From Eledone cirrhosa (Eukaryota): a stretch of DNA of 64,000 bases. The position numbers and the translations under genes are program-made. The stretch covers positions 241,676,001 through 241,740,000 of the forward strand of contig OZ024740.1 in assembly GCA_964016885.1 (NCBI GenBank), read 5' to 3'. Within the stretch, counting starts at the first letter, position 1; each line of letters starts with the position of its first letter. A model generated the notes under the pieces. That model ran no database searches. It was not told the DNA's origin and was given only the letters and a program-made list of their open reading frames with translations. This document shows, one piece after another, positions 57,380-64,000 of the stretch.

Positions 57380-59432
57380 TTAATGCCAGTTACTTCAACG
57401 GCACCATACCAGACACGTACGTTTCCTTAGCCCTGAGGACCATCTTGTTCAACCTGTGCCGATAAAAATGAATCGGAAAATGTTTACTCAAAAAGGAAAA
57501 TATAGACAAATAGGGAAACAGAGAAAAAAACCCAAGCCAAAGGAAGTTAATCTGGATGATCCAGGGGAGACAATTTGACGTAAAAATGCGAACGAACGCT
57601 AAATTAGCTAATGATTATGAGTAGGTTAGAAAAAATTGAGAGATCAAGAAATATATAAACCAATATTAAGGAGGCCAGTTCTCTAAATGGCACTTAGAAA
57701 CCATGAGAACAACGCGAGAAGAATTCTGTACGTGTATTAAGTGGTTTGTTATCGTTTGTGGAGATTATTCAGTATCAACCACTTCTCATCATTGCATAAT
57801 CTGCAGGCCTTGAATCCATTTATATATGGTCGAGATTTTTCTAGTATCTTCTATTTGATAGAGAAGTCTATGTTCTTGTCTTTCAGTGGCCATATTTGAT
57901 TTGCCAAAGTTGTGGTTTTTCTTTTATTTGGGTATCTGAGCATCGTTTCGTGATTAAGGAAGCTGGTTTTAAATCTGTTCTCTGATATACCGATGTAATT
58001 CTAGGATTCCTTTTGGTGTTGTTGATTCAGTGAAGAAACCTCTGCTTTGTATATTATCACTGGGGTGTTGTAATGTTGCTCCAGCGGGCATGACTCAGGT
58101 TTTTTACAAGAACATCCATATACTTTGGGGCTGTTTTTTTTTATGCAGGAGGCGTGATTTCATGTTTCTGGCACAAGAGTATCCACTTTTGACCGTATAA
58201 CGATTAACGATCAGGTGGTATTTGTGTCCTAGGGGAAAGTGGGTATCTATGAGGGCTAAAAACGTCTTTCCGACATTAGTTTTGACATTTAAAGAAAATG
58301 GAGGAGAGAACCAGGGTTTTACTTTATTTCTTGTTTATTTTCTTTTTCATATTAGTATTTAGGGAGTGGCATGGAGTGTATGAAATATTCTCGGTGGAGC
58401 TGCTATTGCGTAAGGTTGTATTATAGTAGGGGGCTGCTCTATCGGAGATGACTTAGTTAGACGAGAGATTAGATATCCGCTTACTAATAAGTTAACACTA
58501 GTGAGGTTGGTGGATATGGTGATTTTGAGCATTAGTCCCTTAAACTTAGGGATTAAAGGTTTCTTAAAGGTGTCGAGGTTGTGACGATGTTTATGGCTCC
58601 TAAGAGCCAGGCGTTCGCCATGGCATAAACCCGTCTGGAAATCCGAGTATTTCGTACGTACGGTATCAAGGATAAAGAGCCCCACCAAGGTGCAGGCGCA
58701 AAGTCTGCGCTGTCAAACGATCCTATAGGAACATCAAAGCAGTCGTCTGTCGTGGATTACTTCATCTAGGTCTCCCTCTTGTTGAAGGGGCAGGTTTTAC
58801 GGCAGTGAGATATTACCAGTCGGTCCAAGTCATGTATATCGCTAAACCTATCGGCGAAGACCAGCGCCTTATCGATAGAGTCACTGGATATCGACGGGTT
58901 AAAATTCATGATATTGAATTGGATAAATCTGGCTCTATCCGTTTGCTTAAGGGAGTTAAGCCAATCTAAAACCGCTTGGCTATTTTCCCATTGGTTAAGC
59001 TTACATAGTTTATTAATATTCTTATACATATTTCTAAGTAGGTTCTTACTGACTAGGCCTAATTCTCTCTTGGCGGGGTTAATGAGACTATATATTGGGT
59101 CCGTCATGAAGTTGTACTTATGGTCTTCGAGAGTTACGCAAGCCTCTCTCTTCGCAAAGCATTCTAATCTATTTTCTATTTTGATGGTAGTGACGATGTA
59201 TTGTGAATGGAGTTATATGTATTGCGAGTTATATTTAGATTGTATTGACTTGTCTAGTAATTGGCTGTGGATTGTAGATTGAGTTCATAGAGGTTGTTAG
59301 TTTTATCCAATAGAACGAAATTCTTATTGGAGTTCTCTATTTAAATTGTTTTGGAAAGAGGTAGAATGTTTGCGGAAGGTGGTGGTAATCACTAGATTAG
59401 TTAGATCGGATTAGAAAGAAGCGAGTCCATTT
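57380..59432 (-). mobile_element. Nematis-like Penelope element, degenerate
   Basis: [72 protein letters not shown]...YIGISENRFK. Confidence 0.85.
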
Positions 59433-59434
59433 AT

Positions 59435-59663
59435 AAAGAAGAAGAAGAAGAAGAAGAAGAAGAGGAAGAGGAAGGAGGAGGAAGAGGAGATGGAGAAGGA
59501 GAAGAAGAAGAAGAAGAAGAAGAAGAGGAGGAGGAGAAAAAGAAGAAGAAGAAGAAGAAGAAGAAGAAGAAGAAGAAGAAGAAGAAGAAGAAGAAGAAGA
59601 AGAAGAAAAAAAAGAGAAGGAGAAGAAGAAGAAGAAGAAGGAGGAGGAGGAGAAGAAGAAGAA
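59435..59663. repeat. (GAA/GAG)n polypurine tract; similar tract at 52461-52592
   Basis: Direct reading. Confidence 0.95.
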
Positions 59664-60028
59664 GTTTGTAGACTTTAAGCTGTAGCCTTAAAGTATTTAT
59701 AGTGCCAGATAATATTCCATCGAACGACTATGCGCGCCATGAAAGGCGTTTAACCACATCTTCGATTTTTTTGCAGGAAAAGTTTCAAGTCCTATTTGAA
59801 AGGATAGGAATGTTATTTATGGAGTAATCTATTTCGCAGAGGTCCATTGTTGGTAGTATGGGTGAATATCGATAGGAGTGTACTTGACTGGGAAAGTTGC
59901 CAATGTTCCACGTGGTTCAAGAATTTGCAGTACACGTCTAGGAGAAATATTGTATTGTCTGCCTGTGCATCGAGTACTCATTTTGGTACCACCACAAATA
60001 ATTCCCTGAATCGCATACACTATGTATG

Positions 60029-60069
<41 letters not shown>

Positions 60070-60449
60070 GTTATTTTAATAAATAAATAATATATTAACA
60101 TTTCTAATTTTATTTATTCATTTCATCTCAATTGTTAAGTTAACTCAACAAGATATGAATTAGAGTTTTGTTCTCTCCCCCTCTCTCTGTCTCCTCTCTC
60201 TCTCTATATATCTTTCTCTCTCTGTTGTTTTGGTATCTCTCTCTCTTTTCTCTCTTTTTTCTTTCTTTCTTCTTTTTCTCTCTCTCCTTCTTTTTATTTC
60301 TCTGTAACCCAACGGCTTATTTTAAAAATAAAAATATCCAATACTAATAATAATATAAGTAAACAACTCCACTATTCGGAAGCTTCCAACAGTAATGGTT
60401 GCATTTTTAAGGGTATGTCAATATTCATTTATAAAACTGATCTATATTA

Positions 60450-60514
60450 TATTTTGTCTGATGAAAGCACACCATAATTTAACTTGGTGTCCTTGAAATA
60501 TGTATAATGAAATA
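60450..60514 (+). ncRNA. Type I hammerhead ribozyme motif
   Basis: tattttgt-CTGATGA-aagcacacca...tggtgtcctt-GAAA-tatgta-TA-atgaaata; followed by about 40 nt and (TA)n. Confidence 0.75.
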
Positions 60515-60550
60515 AATATGGTTTTATAAATATAGTTTCCATTTGTTAAT

Positions 60551-60614
<64 letters not shown>

Positions 60615-61502
60615 AGAGTGCGGCGGAATATTTGAATGACTATTAATTCAATCTTGTTTTATACTGAAGATAACATAGATACCAGTAAAATACTAGGGTT
60701 GATTAATTCAACTATAATCTTACCTCTCACTTAAAACTTCCGGTTATTTCTGTATTCTTTAATTCTTTTACTAGTTTCAGTAATCAGAGTACGGCCATCC
60801 TGGGGCACCACCTTAAAGTTGATCATATCGACCTCACTACTTATATATTTCTTTCAAGCCTGGTACATTATTTAATCGACCACTTTTTTTTGTCTCTGCA
60901 GCTCTGCAGGGGCATAAACACAAACACATACACAACTGTAAGCCCATACACAAATGTAAACACAGAGACATACAAAAGCACGCGCGCACCCCCATATATA
61001 TATATATATGTGTGGGGGGGGGGGGGTATGCCTGCGTGCGTCTCTGTGTGTATGTGTGTGTAGTAGAATTCTACGGATTTATGCAGATTCCGTATATAAG
61101 ATGTTACTCTGAAGGCATTGGTTAAGCTGTTGCTGTAGTTAAAGGCACTTACCCAAACTGAAGCCGAAATCACGTGGTTGCGAGCCGGACTTCTTAACTA
61201 CAGAGACATGACTATGTATGTTGATTGTTGTATTGAATTATTTTAATTGATTATCGTTATTCTAGGCTCAAAGCATACACTTGATAATTCCAAGGTCTTT
61301 TTTATTCGATATCTGCCATAGTCGCAACATATGTACTCCTCGCATCAACTTTTTTTTATTCTTTCGCGGGTTAGTGTACGATTGTAGTGATGCTGTGACA
61401 CCGCTTTCAAGAGATTTGGTCGATACATCGATCCCAGTAATCAATTTTTCGAGACTGATACTTATTTTATCAATCTCTATTTGTGAAACAGCTACGTTAC
61501 AT

Positions 61503-61688
61503 AATTGTTTCTACTTTAGGCACAAGGCCACCAATTACCCAGTGCATTACTGGTACTTTATTTTATCGACCCCGTAAGGATGAAAGGCAAAGTCAACCTC
61601 GGCGGGATTTGAACTCAGATCGTAAAGGGACGTAACTATGCTGGAAAGCATGGCGTCCGACTCTCTACTGATACAGCCAATCCACCGC
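61503..61688 (-). mobile_element. tRNA-headed SINE
   Basis: Full-length copy of the dominant SINE. Confidence 0.85.
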
Positions 61689-62333
61689 TACGTTACATAC
61701 TATAAACACTTAGTAAATGTAAATACATACACGCATACACACGTACACGACGTGCTTACGCACAATTTCTGTCTACTAAACCCGCCTCTGATGACATTGT
61801 TCCCCACGAAGATATAATAAATGACACTTACCTAAGGTGCCACGCAGTGGGACTGTATCCAGAACCATGTGGTTGCGAAGCGAACTCTTTACGCACACAA
61901 GCATGTCTGCATCTTAATATTTTCTTATATTAAAATCCTTACCACTTTACCAAACACATTATTTTCACACAGTATATTGTACTGTGTTATGATTGCATAT
62001 ATATTTTTGCACCTCGGTCTCAGCTAGTATAATATTATCAATAATCAGCATCAGTAATTTTACCATCACACACTCGACCCTATCTACTATTTTCACCCCT
62101 AAACCTATCTATCGATATATATCTCCAATTATTCACTCTTAAAAAACAGAACGAGGACACTTTTTAATTTCCTTCAGATGTTCTTTCATTATTTTTCCTC
62201 TCCTTCTCAACGTTTAATTATTTTAAGCACATCTATCTATTTATCAATATATTCATCTATTCCTATGTCTGATTAATTCTCTCAATTAATCAATCCTTTG
62301 CTCCCGTACACTCCAATTCCTAATCTCCAATTC

Positions 62334-62468
<135 letters not shown>

Positions 62469-62554
62469 AAAGTTCTATTTAAATTGTTGGGATACGACAA
62501 GCAAATATTTTTATAACTGATATAAAGCACTCAACAAGTATTTGGAGTAAACAT

Positions 62555-62745
62555 ACGATATTAATAAATGGAAACTATATTTATAAAACCATATTTATTT
62601 TATTATACATATTTCAAGGACACCACGTTAAATTATGGTGTGCTTTCATCAGACAAAATATAATATAGATCATGGTGTCCTTGAAATATGTATAATAAAA
62701 TAAATATGGTTTTATAAATATAGTTTCCATTTGTTAATATCGTAT
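62555..62745. repeat. Fold-back module around the HHR
   Basis: 62555-62625 is inverted at 62673-62745; ends in (TA)n. Confidence 0.9.
62596..62660 (-). ncRNA. Type I hammerhead ribozyme motif (same family as 60450)
   Basis: tattttgt-CTGATGA-aagcacacca...tggtgtcctt-GAAA-tatgta-TA-ataaaata; 8-bp stem I with one G-U. Confidence 0.78.
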
Positions 62746-62967
62746 ATATATATATATATATATATAAAATATTAAAAAAATAATGAATAAAACAATGAAA
62801 CAGTTCCTTATATTAAACAAAAAAAGTTCATTATTTAATGATCGTTTCTAGGATATATATGTGTTAGAATTGGCATGCATATTCAACAGATCTATGTACA
62901 AAATTATACAAAATTAAATATATATGCCGTCTTCAGAAATAATGAAATATTTATTGGTAGATTTATC

Positions 62968-63478
<511 letters not shown>

Positions 63479-63871
63479 GCATGTATATGCATATATGCAC
63501 GTGCGTTTCTGATCCTCTAGTTTATTACGTCTTACCTTCGTGTCTGTCGTTAATCAATTTCTCTTGGCTAATCGATAAGATTTCTCTATGTGCAAGCTAA
63601 AATTGGACGAAGCTATCGATTTCTAGCATAATTTCAATTGTGTGCGTCTAATCACACCATAGCTTTATGACACTCCTGTGATTTTGTGTAGGAGAAACGT
63701 GACAATAGTGAATGGTAGATTTGCTAAATCTGTATAAGCTTGACATTTATAAACATGTCCATATCGTAACATTTTAGAATTTAATAACATTAATAAATCT
63801 ATGAAATAAAACGCATCTCGAACAACCAATGATAGTCAACTGGGCATTCGTTTACATATATATATATACTA

Positions 63872-63986
<115 letters not shown>

Positions 63987-64000
63987 AGATCAAAAGATGG

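Overview
Eukaryotic, AT-rich, microsatellite-saturated genomic DNA. The SINE, LINE and microsatellite content suggests a mollusc, probably an octopus (inference). The only host gene I can support is a divergent PP1-like Ser/Thr phosphatase on the minus strand. It has four coding exons (44754-44846, 13061-13266, 7367-7474, 733-821) with phase-compatible GT-AG junctions, a 31.5-kb first intron, and it continues off the left edge. The rest is mobile-element debris: RLE-type (R4/Dong-like) LINEs in (TACA)n or (TAA)n tracts, RTE fragments, several Penelope-like elements (PLEs), a decayed mariner, a hAT MITE and many tRNA-headed SINEs. The most notable pattern is a set of short fold-back (inverted-repeat) modules anchored in (TA)n tracts. 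Many contain type I hammerhead ribozyme (HHR) motifs from several sequence families, and in several the inversion point falls on HHR stem II or on the predicted cleavage site. Two RLE LINE copies also share a composite 3' trailer but have different 5' truncations, which suggests 3' transduction. All alignments and folds were done by eye, so element boundaries are approximate.
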